Assembly: GCA_951406725.2 (NCBI GenBank)
Contig: OX597816.1
Location: 160,022,001 to 160,086,000 of the forward strand
DNA length: 64,000 nucleotides
Source: Octopus vulgaris
Taxonomy: Eukaryota
Direction: 5' to 3'
Shown here: positions 26,072 to 40,686 of the stretch, piece by piece
Numbering within the stretch: position 1 is the stretch's first letter
Layout of the letters: every line of letters starts with the position of its first letter
The notes under the pieces: model-generated
Databases searched by the model: none
What the model was told of the DNA's origin: nothing
The model's input: only the letters and a program-made list of their open reading frames with translations
Translations under genes and position numbers: made by a program

Positions 26072-26391
26072 ATACATATGCATATTCTCTTATTCTTTTA
26101 TTTGTTTCAGTCATTTGACTGCGGCCATGCTAGAGCACCGCCTTTAGTTGAACAAATCAACTCCAGGATTTATTCTTTGTAAGCCTAGTACTTATTCTAT
26201 CAGTCTCTTTTGCCAGCTGAGAGGACTGCGGTCATACTGGGGCACCGCCTTGAAGAATTTTATCATCCCCAGTACTCATTTTTAAAAAAAAACCAGGTAC
26301 TTATTCTATCGATCTCTTTTTGCCGAACTGCTAAGTTATGGACATATAAAAACACCAACACCGGTTGTCAAGTGGGGTGTGGGTGGGAGCA

Positions 26392-26422
<31 letters not shown>

Positions 26423-26830
26423 GCGCGCGCGCGCGACGGGCTTTTTGCAGTTTCCGTCAACCAAATCCACTGATGAGGCTTTGGTTGGCCCGAAGATATA
26501 GTAGAAGACACTTGCCCAAGATACCACACAGATGTTTACCGTATTTTTTTTCATATTAATTAACCTGATTTCATCCATTATATGTATGTAATATATATCT
26601 AATTATAACATAGTTTATGCGTTGTTTTACGAACATAAGTATCGAAACGAAAATACTATGAAACCAGGCTTTCTTTTCTTTTACTTTCTTTCTTTCATTT
26701 ATTTCTATTTCACTGCAAAACACAATTAAGCTGTTCGTTTAACACCTTGCTGTTCTGTATTGCAGAGAAATTAGGCGAGTGTTGGTTGTAATGCTGCTGA
26801 AGGATAAAAATTTAGGTTACAGCTGAATTT

Positions 26831-27215
26831 CTCGTGGCACTCCGTCGGTTACGACGACGAGGGTTCCAGCTGATCTGATCAACGGAACAGCCTGCTCGTC
26901 AAATTAACGTGCAAGTGGCTGAGCACTCCACAGACACGTGTACCCTTAATGCAATTCTTAGGGAGATTCAGCGTGACAGAATGTGACAAGGCGGGGGCCA
27001 TTGAAATACAGGTACAACAGAAACAGGAAGAAAGAGTGAGAGAAAGTTGTGGTGAAAGAATACAGCAGGGGTGGCCACCACCCCTTGCCGGAACATCGTG
27101 GATCTTTAGGTGTTTTACGCTCAATAAACACTCACAACGCCCAGTCTGGGAATCGAAACCGCGAGCCTACGACCGCAAGTCCGCTGCCCTAACCACTGGG
27201 CCATTGCACCACCAC
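26831..27215 (-). mobile_element. Full-length SINE family C
   Basis: Homologous to 21735-22116; 12-bp TSD ACAGCTGAATTT. Confidence 0.93.
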
Positions 27216-28379
27216 ACAGCTGAATTTAGAGAATAGATGTAGAGAAAGTTGGGTAAGATGAAAGAATTAGATGAAAGAAAATCTGTAAAATGTCTGAGAA
27301 AAGATTAAGCTATTTGTAAGTAAAGAAGAGGATGACATCACAGTAGAAAGATTGCCTATCAGTTGATACAGTCTTTCACTTTGTTCTTGCGTCTTATAGT
27401 TTTTAACTCTTTGTTCTGCTTGTCGTTCATCAGTGGTGAGTGAAACACCTTATTCAATAAACAGCATTCCTGTCATCCCCTTGTTCAATAGCAAAACTCC
27501 TTTTATCTTTTTGGAATAAAATTTGAAGGAGTTTTGGGCAGGGTGAACGACTGCATGAAGAGATAAGAATAGCATAATTGGAACAACAGATGTTTTGGTT
27601 GTGCCTTTGTCGTTGAGTCGATATCTGTGTCAATGATCCGCTCGGCTTGAGCTGAAATGGAGATAAACAATAACATTGACCACAACTACATAACAATTCC
27701 TTTTTTATTCGTCTCTGTCTTCCATAATGTGTTAATGTCTTATTTCTTAATCTAAGACATGAGCATAAAATTTTCATATAGTTGCTGAAAAATAAGTGAA
27801 GTTAAGCCATTCCTGGGTCCCACAGAGTTCTCTGAGTGGTGAAAAATTTTGATTTGGGGAGCGTAAAGTAAACGATAGACTTATATTTCTTCTTCTTCTT
27901 CTTCTTCTCGAGTCCACTGGTTGGGGACGAAAGAATCGGTGAAAACAGGGACTGTTATGTGAACGCCCATTTTCTTGAATCCAGGAAAGACTAATTCTTC
28001 CTCTAACCGAATGCCAGTTTGTCACAGACTCTCATCACGGCAAGCAAAAGAAACACTCGTTTATGCTGCAGTGCTGCCACTGATTACAATGGTGAACTAT
28101 GTTACACTATCTTACCTATTTGTAACGCAAAGGTGATTAGGGCATTCGGCTCGCTATCGTGAGTTCGGTTCCTGGACCGGGCAGTACGTTGTGTTTATCA
28201 ACAAAAAAAGACCAATAGAATAAAATATTAGGCTTCAAAAATAATACGTACTGGGATCGATTCATTCGACTAAAAAATTCTTCAAGGTAGTGCCCCAGCC
28301 TGGCCGCAGTCTAATCGCTAAATCAAGTAAAAGATAAAAGGAAGATACTAAGCCGAAGATTATGTCTGAAAACACGTTA

Positions 28380-29030
28380 AGCTGGCGAGCTGGCAGAAAC
28401 GTTAGCACGCCGGGCGAGATGCTTAGCGGTATTTCGTCTGTCGTTACGTTCTGAGTCCAAATTCTGTCGAGGTCGACTTTGCCTTTCATCCTTTCGGGGT
28501 CGATTAAATAAGCACCAGTTACGCACTGGGGTCGATATAATCGACTTAATCCGTTTGTCTGTCCTTGTTTGTCCTCTCTGTGTTTAGCCCCTTGTGGGTA
28601 GTAAAGAAATAGGTATTTCGTCTGCCGTTACGTTCTGAGTTCAAATTCCGCCGAGGTCGACTTTGTCTTTCAACCTCTCGGGGTCGATGAAATAAGTACC
28701 AGTTACGCACTGGGCCGATATAATCGACTGGTTCCCTCCCCTAAAAATTTCGTGTATTGAGTAGAAAAGAAGTTTGAGAACAAGTAGTTGTATAATGGTT
28801 TCAAATTTTGACACAAGGCCAGCAATCTCGGGTGTGGGTATGGAGTGGGAGTGGAAGGTAAATCGATTACATCAATCTCGGTGCTCAACTGGTATTTATT
28901 TTATCGACCCTAAATGGATGAAACACAAAGCCCACCTCTGCGGAATATGAACTCAGAACGTAAGTACGGACGAAATGCCACTAAGTATTTTAACCGGCGT
29001 GCTAACGATTCGGCCAGCTCACTGCCTTAC
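28380..29030. mobile_element. SINE family B dimer (+, 28380-28770) facing an inverted copy (-, 28795-29030)
   Basis: Family motifs in both orientations. Confidence 0.88.
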
Positions 29031-29691
29031 GTAGTTATATAATAAACATTTCCTTATAGTCGCTGCCATTCTCTTCTGTTGCCTATTTTAATTTAAAATA
29101 TTTATCAATACTTCAAATTTGTATTTCAACAGAGAATGCCACGAACGGCCATGTAAACGTTAAAGTGACAGGCGAAAAGCGGAAATGCCCGGAAGTTTTG
29201 TATATTCTTGTTTTCACAGCTAAGACACCTATCTTTCAACACTTTCAAACCACCCAGTTGATCCCTGAGGATCCCTTTGGTTCCTATTTTATTCTACTGG
29301 ACCCCTATATTAAAAAAAAATGTCCTGTTATATTTTTGTAATTGAATTTTTTTTTCTACTCTAAGAACAAGGCCCGAAATTTTGGAGGAGGGTTCCAGTC
29401 GATTAGATCGACCCAGTACGCAACTGGTACTTAATTTATCAGTCCCGAAAGGATGAAAGACAAAGTCGAGCTCAGCGGAATTTGAATTCAGAACGTAAAG
29501 ACTGACGAAATACCTCTGAGCATTTCGCCCGGCGTGCTAACGATTCTGCCAGCTCGCCGCCCTTTTATAATTGGATATTATTAGGAATTGTATAAAAAAA
29601 TTGTTACAATATTGTTATATTTCGGGATGGTCATTTTTCTTGCCAAATATATACACACATATATACACATTTATATATATATATATATATA

Positions 29692-30094
29692 TATACGAAA
29701 GAAGGTTTGAAAATGCAATTTTAAAAGATGTTTATTTACTTTACCGGTTTCACTCTAGAAAAAGATTGTCAAAAGTAACATGTAACATGAACATTTTAAT
29801 AATTCCTTCTGGAAACTATCTTTAACATTTTCTTGAGAATGTATATTGACGTTGGAATCTTTTGTGCCCAATATTTTCATGAACTTGTTAAACTTTTTTA
29901 TGTCCTTAACATGTCCTTGTTACCAGCATTTTGTGACAACCAATAATTAACACAACCAAACTTTTACATGTTACTTTTGACAATATTTTTCTAAAGAGTG
30001 AAACCGGTAAAGTAAATAAACATCTTTTAAAGTTGCATTTTCAAACCTTCTTTCGTATATAATTCCACTCGTGATGTACCTTACAACTCCACTT

Positions 30095-30098
<4 letters not shown>
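29692..30098. mobile_element. Penelope-like fold-back insert in (TA)n
   Basis: Inverted arms of about 95 bp (29692-29785 / 29964-30059) with GAAACCGGTA followed by AATAAA, plus a short unpaired 3' extension. Confidence 0.7.
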
Positions 30099-30136
<38 letters not shown>

Positions 30137-30139
<3 letters not shown>

Positions 30140-30340
30140 CGAAAAAGGCGTTCAGAATGCTTGATGGTTGTAAAAAAATATATATTTATTTACATATCAC
30201 ATATTATTTCTTCATTTTTTTTAGCGCTTTCAACTACTCTTGTAGTCTCATCAGATTTCTGGGTTTTTTACAACCATCAAGGATTCTGAACGCCTTCTTT
30301 CATATGTATTAAATCTATACATCACCCCCAATACTTCTAA
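30137..30340. mobile_element. Penelope-like fold-back insert with a hammerhead core in the loop
   Basis: 38-bp arms (30141-30178 / 30264-30301); minus strand CTGATGA-GACTAC-AAGA-GTAGTT-GAAA-GCGC-TA at 30222-30254. Confidence 0.72.
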
Positions 30341-30350
30341 CACACACACA

Positions 30351-30423
<73 letters not shown>

Positions 30424-30724
30424 GTAAGATATACGTTAGAGGTAATGTAACCCTCTAACGGATAGCTGTATCCATAGTCACTCCTGGTGTATTATCTCAG
30501 TTTGTATGGTCCTTGTTATGAGGTGTACGGTAGTAGGTAATTTAAAAGTAAAACCGTGGTTTAATATATAGAGATACGATAAGAAATGGAGCAATAGTTA
30601 CAGCAGTAAACATACTCTCATCTTAATTAGATAATGACTTTCAAACACCAATGATTCACTTCTCATTGTTAAGCTTTGCTCCATTTCTTATTGTCTCTAT
30701 ACAGACAGACAGACAGACAGACAG

Positions 30725-30755
<31 letters not shown>

Positions 30756-31130
30756 CGTGACTGTGTGATAAAAAGCATGCTTCCCAACCACATGGTTCTG
30801 GGTTCAGTCCCACTGCGTGGCACCTTGGGCAAGTGTCTTCTACTATAGCCTCGGGCTGACCAAAGCCTTGTGAGTGGATTTTGGTCGACGGAAACTGAAA
30901 GAAGCCTGTCGCATATATATATATGTGTGTGTGTGTGTGTTTGTGTTTGTGTATGTGTGTGTGTTTGTGTAAGTGTGTGTGTTTGTGTTTGTCCCTCCCA
31001 TCATCGCCTGACAACCGATGCTGGTGTGTTTACGTCCCCGTGACTTGTTCGACTAAAGGCGGTGCTCCAGCATGACCGCAGTTAAATGACTGAAGCAAGT
31101 AAAAGAATAAAAGAATATGTGTGTGTGTGT

Positions 31131-31179
<49 letters not shown>

Positions 31180-31620
31180 TATGTGTCTGAGTATCTACAC
31201 ACACGCGTACACACACATGTGCTTACGCATACACACGAAAATACATACATCGGCAGGAGGAAAACAAGACAGAGGTAGGTAGACAGATGTTAAATTAAGA
31301 CTTTCTGACGAGTTATTTCCTGGTTATAAATACTATGGCAAATGTCTATGGTTGTATTGGAGGAAGACTGTTAAGTGTTTACATGTGGCGCTGGTGTTGG
31401 CGGGGAAAGTGTTTGTATTAGAGGCCAAGATATATATCTCGCTCAGCTCAACGTATATGAAACTGGTTTATAAAACATCTGTTTTTATCTGGTCAATTCA
31501 CATCAGTTTTGCGTCATGACGTGTTAAGCAAACCGGCACACTTTTACATGTGAATGCACGTGTCTCTTTCTTTGGGAGTTGTGTGTGTGTGTGTATGTAT
31601 GCGGAGAGAGAGTGGGATGG

Positions 31621-31663
<43 letters not shown>

Positions 31664-31830
31664 GAGGGAGAGAGGGAGAGAGAGAGAGACGGAAGGAAAG
31701 AGAAAGAGAAAGTGAGAGAGATAATCATGTTTGTATGCATACATGTATACGTATATGTATGCATGTATGTATTAATGTATGTATATATATATATATATAT
31801 GTATGTCTCTCCTATCTCTCGCTCTCACTC

Positions 31831-31904
<74 letters not shown>

Positions 31905-32027
31905 CATGTATATACACAATATATGTCGCTCCATGTACATAGCTAAATGCATTCATTTGTACATTCATACACATTCAAGCACACAAACAGATATTTATAC
32001 AAGCACACACACATACACACACAAACA

Positions 32028-32073
<46 letters not shown>

Positions 32074-32312
32074 TTGTGTTGGTGCATAATTATTGCGGCT
32101 TTTATTCAACAAAAACAATAACAATATTTAAGAAAAACATCTATAAATGATAGTCTGGCCGTCTGCCAAGCAAATGGGAAGCAGTAATTGAAGTAGATGG
32201 TGAATATGCTCCGGAATAATCATTTAAAGATGTTTTTGTTAAATGTTGTTATTGCTTTAATTGAATAAAATTTGTTGAAAAAAAAAGTCGCAATAATTAT
32301 GCACCAATCCAA
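32074..32312 (+). mobile_element. Mariner deletion derivative (MITE)
   Basis: TIRs TTGGTGCATAATTATTGCG / CGCAATAATTATGCACCAA followed by TA; internal RLPSKWEAVIEVDGEYAPE* is a mariner C-terminus. Confidence 0.9.
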
Positions 32313-33148
32313 TACATACATATAGTTACACGCATATATTTATACGCTGACGTAAATCATGTATATTATATAATTCATTATATGTTATACATACGTAAAC
32401 CACCTGCAAATACTTATGTTCATACATGCATAAGCGTATACACATCCATTCATAGTTATTTTTAAAAAAAATTTACACTCCTGTACAAATACACCTCTAC
32501 ATTCACATTTGTTAATATAGTCTATTACGTAATATATTACGTAATTACCAGTACACATATATATTTGATACTAGCTCAAAAGCCGCACTCAGCGCGGGCT
32601 TTTAAGCTAGCTCATGCAGAGGGCTAATTATGCCTGCGGCCCGAAACTAAAGAGAGGTAAATAATATGAATATAATACATCTATAATGATTATATGCTCC
32701 GGTGGTGTTTGGTCGAAGGTTAAGGACTCATGTGAATTAATTCTGTAATGCTATCAATCTATTGCTCCAGTCCCAAGTTGAATTCCAACTGTTGGCCAAT
32801 TCGTCTCTCTTCAAAATTCTATTCTCGACGTAAAATTAAAGAAGCAAATATCATTTATCTCCCCCTTGATCTCTGACGTCATCTAACAAGTGCCAACCAA
32901 GATGGCGTGTAACCCAAATGCTTTTAAGTCAGATCCCAATGCTGGATGTTCAAGAACCAAATAATGGGCAGATTTTCAATCCCGGGATCATCTTGATTCC
33001 ATAAAGGTATAACACGTCTAGAGTAAATGTAGATTGAGATACAGCAGTCCCCGGCGAACAGACAGAATTTCGCTTTTACAATTATAGATATGAAATATAC
33101 AAGACATCTTGATACATACATGTGTGTGTGTGTGTGTGTGCGTGCGTG

Positions 33149-33214
<66 letters not shown>

Positions 33215-33497
33215 TACACAAGCTTGATCCAGCTATTTCTCATGGAAAGCGATAGTTGCCGCAGCAATCATCGACAACCTGCGAACTTTAATGCAGAAAG
33301 TGTTGTGGCTGCGCAGAGGATTCAGCAATAGGCAGGAATAAGTTCACTCAACAGGGACTCATGTGGATGGGAATGCAGGCATGGTGTACCATATTACAGG
33401 GAGTGAGTGACCCCCTAGTCCTTGTGAGGACATCACACTAGGAAAAGGAAAACTTTGATATAAATCCTGCGACTCGTTGTCAGCCTATGATGTCGAC

Positions 33498-33804
33498 GAG
33501 AGGTTCTCAAACTTTTTGGGCCACCTCCCCACTCATGGCCACATAATACTCTCACTGCCCCACCTCTATATTTATGTATAAATAACTATTTTATATTTTA
33601 CTAATTTATATATGTTATGAATCATTTGATATTTAATATAATATTATATAATTTGTATAAAATACTATAATAATATTATAGATTCATAGCAACCCCCAAT
33701 TCACTGCCTTTCTCCCAACGCCTTCCTCACCTTAGGCACCAGCGCCCACCTAGACCGTCTCAATGCCCACCGGGGGGTGGTAGCGCCCAGTTTGAGAACC
33801 TGTA
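33498..33804. mobile_element. hAT MITE
   Basis: TIRs AGGTTCTCAAACT / AGTTTGAGAACCT; TSD ATGTCGAC/ATGTTGAC. Confidence 0.85.
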
Positions 33805-34034
33805 ATGTTGACTAATTCTTCGTCTGGAGGCTGTCATCATTGTTCAGAGTCGGATTAGTTGTGTGCAAGGTTCTCCTCACTTTAAAACCACATAACGAAC
33901 CGGCATCGTCATCTAATAATTGAGTACAAAGAAGCATCCATTAAGTATGTATGTATGTATGTATGTATGTATGTATGTATGTATGTATGTATGTATGTAT
34001 GTATGTATGTATGTATGTATGTATGTATGTATGT

Positions 34035-34595
34035 GTCAGGTCACTTTCGAGTGCTACTGGTAACACGTAACCCAGTACAACCTGTTGCATGGTCGGGCCG
34101 TCGGCGACTAAACCCCACCAAGCTTGTTTGGTGAGGAGAGTGATTATTGGACACCCTGCGGGATGAAAAACAAAACCCGTCAAAGGGCGGAGGAACTCTT
34201 GAGAGTCAACGGCCATCCGATAAATGTGTATTTTTTTTTTCTCTTAAGGCTGTATCATGCGCGGGGACATAGAAATAATCGGACTGAATACCCGATTGCG
34301 CGGTTAAACCATTGGGAGTGAAGGACTCCTAGCCTTTGCTAGGGCATCCTTCTAGGAGAAGGTAACTCAGGTATCTGGGATAACTCCGACATAAAACCTG
34401 CGGCTCAGTGGTTACCGATGATGTTGAATTGTTCTTCTTTTCAGATTATGGCTGCTGTTGCTTAGTGAGTGGGATTGACTCAGTGCACAGCCTTTCCTCA
34501 CTTAAAAAAATATCTTCTTGCACAGACATTGCACGATAACAACATTGATTAAGCTTCGTGCAATGGCCATACTCGATAACGAGGGGGCAGCCACC

Positions 34596-34597
<2 letters not shown>
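34035..34597 (+). mobile_element. Non-coding retroelement (RTE-UTR-like) embedded in (TATG)n; inverted sister copy at 37303-37750
   Basis: Two homologous copies in opposite orientation; CTAGGAGAAGGTAACTC...AAACC resembles RTE-clade 5' UTRs. Confidence 0.7.
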
Positions 34598-34628
<31 letters not shown>

Positions 34629-34741
34629 TGTATGTATGTATGTATGTATGTATGTATGTATGTATGTATGTATGTATGTATGCGTGTATGTGTGTGTATG
34701 TATGTCATCTTTTGTCTTTGTAATTTCCTTCACCATGGAAA

Positions 34742-35232
34742 AAATTAGGCATTAGGTCAAATGTAAGGTGTACCAGGCTATAGTACTTTCTTCTTTGTTG
34801 CATGGAGCTGAAACCTGGACAGTCTATAAAGCTCAAGTAAACAAATTACATGCAGATATGGATGAGACAGCTACAACGAATCATGAATATTATTCTCTTT
34901 GTGAAGATCAGGAATGAAGGGATCCTTACGGTGCGCTGGCTTGCTTCCTATGATGGAAGTACTCATTGATTGAAATTTACGTTGGTTGGGCCACGCACAC
35001 AGAGCGGACAATTGCAGACTCCCCAGACAAATCTTTTACTCCCGAGTATACTAAGAGTAAAGAAACCAGGGAAGGCCTAGGCTGATATTTAAAGATACTG
35101 CAAAAAGGAACATTGGATTGGAAAGGAACTGATCATAATAAATGGCAGACTCAAGCGAAAAACCGACCAGTATGGAGAAAGCTTATCAATGCATGCCAAA
35201 GCCATGAACATAGTGGCGACCACTGACTGTAA
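34742..35232 (+). mobile_element. RTE-clade LINE 3' fragment
   Basis: KCKVYQAIVLSSLLHGAETWTVYK...LRWLGHAHR...RLPRQIFY...GRPRLIFKD across frameshifts. Confidence 0.88.
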
Positions 35233-36128
35233 ATAATGTATGTATGTATGTATGTATGTATGTATGTATGTATGTATGTATGTATGTATGTATGTATGTA
35301 TGTATGTACGTATGTATGTATGTATGTATGTATGTATGTATGTACGTATGTATGTATGTATGTATTTACGTATGTATGTACGTATGCATATATGTATGTA
35401 TGTACGTACGTACGTATGTATGTATGTATGTATGTATGTACGTACGTACGTATGTATGTACGTATGTATGTATGTACATATTTATGTATGTATGTATGTA
35501 TGTTTGCATGTATGTACGTATGTACGTATGTATGCATGCATGTATGTATGTATGTATGTATGTATGTATGTATGTATGTATGTATGTACGTATTATGTAT
35601 ATATACACACACACTCACGCGTCCTTTCTTGATTATCCTGTACGGATACATTTCATATATCATTACAATTTTCAATGCTTCAATAAAAACATCAAGCCGT
35701 CAGCGTCATGTCATCAAGATAACCGTCTGTTAATTTATATTAAAATCTACTTACACCGTAATTCCTATTACTAATGGCCAAACTATTCGGATTATGCAAA
35801 TCTTATGATGTCTGTAGTAATTCATTCTTTACTCTCTCTGTTACTGTTTCCTTACAATGTCTTTCTTCTCACTTCTCTATTTTCCAGAAATCTCTAAAAT
35901 AAAATCTCTAAAGAAAAATAAATAAGCAACAAAAATGCCTTCATTTCCAAATTGTTATAGTTGCAGGCATGGCAGTGTGGTTAACAAGGTCGCTTTGCAA
36001 CCAAGTGGTTTCGAGTTGGGTAAGTGTCTTTTACTATAACCCCGAACCGACCAATATCTTGTGAGTGAACTTCGTAGACAAAACCTGTGTAGGAGCCCTT
36101 CGTGTGTGTTACTGTATGTGCGTGTGTA

Positions 36129-36201
<73 letters not shown>

Positions 36202-37066
36202 GTGTTTATACGTGTCGGTGTTTGCACCGTCCGTCACAACGCCTGACAACAAGTACTGGTTTGTTTACGTTTCCGTAACTTAATAGTTCGGCGAAAGATG
36301 CCTTTATAATAATACCAGAGTTAAAAGATATCATAATAAGTTCGATTTGTTCAACTAAAACCCTTCAAGATGGTGCCCCAGCATGACCACAGTCCAATGA
36401 CTAAAACGAGTAAAAGACAAAAACGATATGACTACTATAGTAATGTCATATCCTAATTATGATGCTTTATAGATTCATGAAATTATTTACGGTTGCTTCC
36501 ATTTATCGGACCGATAGCCCAGCTTATTGGACACAAAAATTAAAAAGGAAGTACCTTTGTGATGTAAACGGCAGGATCAATGATACAAAAATTCAAGTGA
36601 TAGACCATTCTGGTAGCAGTCCTTCCTCCTATCGACACGGCCCAGTTATTTCATTGATAAATTACATTTATCTTTCTCAGAGAATAATCATTCCTCTTGC
36701 ACGGTCAATCTGTTACTTAGCTACCGACATACATACATACATACATACATACATACATACATACATACATACATACATACATACATACATACATAACTAT
36801 GCGCCCAATAAAAGATGCACGTTAGCTATTAACCTCTCGTTGCCTCCAGTTTTTCAAAATTTGCCGTTCATTTCGCATTGTTGTAGTCTTTGAATAACAC
36901 ACTTGCTTTATACATTACACACGATACTCCAAGAAAACTACGCCTTATACATACATACATACATATATGTATGTATATATACATATACATGTATGTACGT
37001 ATGTATATACATACATGCATACATACAAACATACGTACATACAAACATACATACATACTTATATAC

Positions 37067-37280
37067 ATAGTTAATCCAAACAAGAAAGCACAAAAAAACA
37101 CAACAACGCGAGGACGTGGAACAAATATAGTATTATTGGACGCCCAGGAAAGAAGTAAAGAAGGAGGGTTTAACGTTTCGAGCGGAGCTCTTCGTCGGAA
37201 ACATAGGAGAAGGAAAGATCCAGAGAAGGGAAGATAGAGGGAAAGAATCGCCAACGGTACACACGCGGTCACATTTTGAT
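37067..37280 (-). mobile_element. Penelope-like short element with hammerhead motif; sister copy (+) at 40255-40450
   Basis: Minus strand GTTT-CCGACGA-A-GAGC-TCC-GCTC-GAAA-CG-TT-AAAC at 37168-37202. Confidence 0.7.
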
Positions 37281-38024
37281 ACATACATACATACATACAT
37301 ACATGATGGCTGCCCCATCGTTATTGAGTATGGCCATTGCACGAAGCTTAACTGTTATTGATGTTGTGATCGAATGTGACTTTTATTTGCTTATTAAGGC
37401 TACAGCCAGTCATTCAGTTGAGACTCACAGCACTATCAACAATCATGAACAATGTTGTTATCGTGCAATGCCTGTGCAAGAGGTTTTGGGGTTTTTTTAA
37501 GTGAGGAAAGGCTGTGCACTGATTCAATCTCACTCACTAAGCAACAACAGCCATAATCCGAAAAGAAGAACAAGTCAACATCATCGGTAACCACTGAGCC
37601 GCAGGTTTTATGTCGGAGTTATCCCAGTTACCTGAGTTACCTTCTTCTAGAAGGATGCCCTAACAAAGGCTTCACTCCCAATGGTTTAAACGCACGATCG
37701 GGTATTCAGTCCGATTATTTCTATGTCCCCGCGCATGATACAGCCTTAAGGCATACATACATACATACATACATACATACATACATACATACATACATAC
37801 ATACATACATAAATACATACATACATACATACATACATACATACATACATACATACATACATACATACATACATACAAATATATGAGAAACATAGAATCC
37901 ACGGCTCCATACTTGGGATATGACTCTGGAGGAAGCAATTGCAACAAATTCTCCAAAACAAGTCAGAGATGTGTTTGCAGGTCTTCCCATTCGGGGTCAG
38001 TGGCTATATACTATATACTAGCCG

Positions 38025-38096
<72 letters not shown>

Positions 38097-38127
38097 TACA
38101 TATACATATATACATACATAGGTATAT

Positions 38128-38168
<41 letters not shown>

Positions 38169-38237
38169 TATATATACACACATACATATATGCGCCCATA
38201 TATATAAATGCGATCGTGTGTATGTGTGTATATATAT

Positions 38238-38269
<32 letters not shown>

Positions 38270-38869
38270 TGTATGTATGTATGTATGTATGTATGTATGT
38301 ATGTATGTATGTATATATCCATGCATATTTCACTTATGTTAAAAGTGACTTCCTTGACGCTGTATTGTGACCGGATGTTTCCATATTTGGTGAGATAATA
38401 AACTTTATACAGCGGGAAGTTATCAGCAAATTACTAAAGAGAAAAGAAAATGCGGTCAAATATATTCAGAATATATTTACTTATATATACTGACCTTTTT
38501 TTTTTCTTTGTAAAGAATATTGTATATTCAAATGGTAAATCATTTAATTCTCTGCCATTCCAATTAAACCTATGTCTTTCATTTGTTTCGCGACCAGTTA
38601 TTATCTATTAGCTTCTTTTGATTACTTTTAAGGGAGAGGAAATTAGATGATGTGACGTTTATGCCTTAATAAGGCTAAATGAACTAAAATGACTTTAACC
38701 GCAAATTGAAACTGAGGCACACGCTCGGTTTATTGGGAGTTTTGCGCAGCTATTGTTGCCCTGCTATAACCGTTGTTTAGTTGTTTACTTCTTTCAAGAG
38801 AGCGTTTTTGTTTGGTTAGTACATACTTGATCATATCATAGAGCTGACTGAATCGATAGCCGAACTGAA

Positions 38870-38967
<98 letters not shown>

Positions 38968-39099
38968 ATTTCTTTATTGCCCACAAGGGGCTAAATATAG
39001 AGGGGACAAACAAAGATAGACAAAGGAATTAAGTCGATTACATTGACCTCAGTGCGTAACTGGTACTTAATTTATCAACCCCGAGAGGATGAAAGGCAA

Positions 39100-39222
39100 A
39101 GAAGTTAAAACTTTTTGAGCCCATAACAGGGCATTTGAATGAAATGGGTAGTTCTCGAGTTTTAGTGATGCACTCAGACAGACCGACAGACAGACACACA
39201 ATCTCAGTTTTATATATATAGA
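39100..39222 (-). mobile_element. Helitron 5' end fragment
   Basis: Minus strand A|TCTATATATATAAAACTGAG followed by a (TCTG)n tract, the same architecture as 61938-62187. Confidence 0.6.
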
Positions 39223-39470
39223 TAGTTATATATATATATATATATAGAATGTATCTGTACGAATAAATACATGCATTCACACACACAAGCACACATACAC
39301 ACGCATATCAGTTGATTTGATTTGGCTCTGACGAAGATATGATTGTGAGAATCGTTCCCTATATTTTCAGTCGATCAATTGAAAAACATTGAACCATGAA
39401 CGGACTCAAATTCATATCTGAAACAGTTGTAACCCTACACCGAATAAATGTATAAGCCATTATTTCTGTC

Positions 39471-39541
<71 letters not shown>

Positions 39542-39567
39542 TATATATATGTAAGTATGTATGTATG

Positions 39568-39614
<47 letters not shown>

Positions 39615-40446
39615 ATACATACATATATATATGCGTGTATGTGTGTGAATGCACAACACACGCACATGCACACTCTCACACCCACCCCCACACCCCCACA
39701 CATATATATATACATACACACTCACCTACATTTATGCATGTGTGTGCGTATGTGTGTGTATGTATAAATGCATGTGTATATGTTTGTATATACTTTTTGT
39801 ATGTATATATACGGACACACATCCATATGCATTCAAACGTTACAGTTTGTTCACGAAAGAGAAGCGAGTACTCAATACATAGCATGAATCCCTCTACTAT
39901 TTCTTTTACCTTAGATCCTTAATCGTAATTTATATTTTCTTCCCCTCCATTTTCCTATCTATTTTTAATTGTCAGTTTCTTAACTTTATTTTTTGACTAT
40001 GTCCTCACTTGTTTGTCAATCAATAGGTTAATTACTAAGTTTATATTCAATTCTGATTTAGATTTTACCTGATGAGTACAAGAATTACATAATGTACGAC
40101 GCAATCCACGATATTGTAGTATGCCCACATTAAATTACGATTCTCAGCGAAGCAAATGTCGAAAAATTTAAAACCTATTCGTTTGTTTCTTAACATTATA
40201 TAATACACACATATATTTATATATATTTATATATATGTATGTATATTTATGGATGTCGCGTGTGTATCGTTGGCGATTTTTTTCCCTCCGTCTTCCCTTC
40301 CTAGGATCTTCCCTTTTCCTATGTTTGTGACGAAGAGCTCCGCTCGAAACGTTAACTCCTCCTTCTTTCTTTCCTTTCCTGAGCGTCCAATAACACTATA
40401 CTTGTTCCACGTCCTCGCGTTGTTGTGTTTTCATGTTTGGATTAAC

Positions 40447-40497
<51 letters not shown>

Positions 40498-40613
40498 CAT
40501 ACGTGATCACGTGACCGACCAGACCATCAGATGTTGCTATACATCGCTGGTCACAATGCGTTCGCATTGTTTTAGCCTTCGAATGACACCACCCCGCTGG
40601 CTAAGCGAGCAGG

Positions 40614-40686
<73 letters not shown>

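Noticed and set aside
38640-38822. Possible promoter or first exon (TGACGT motif, TG|GTTAGT donor)
   Set aside because: Such short motifs are expected by chance, and there is no linked coding exon.
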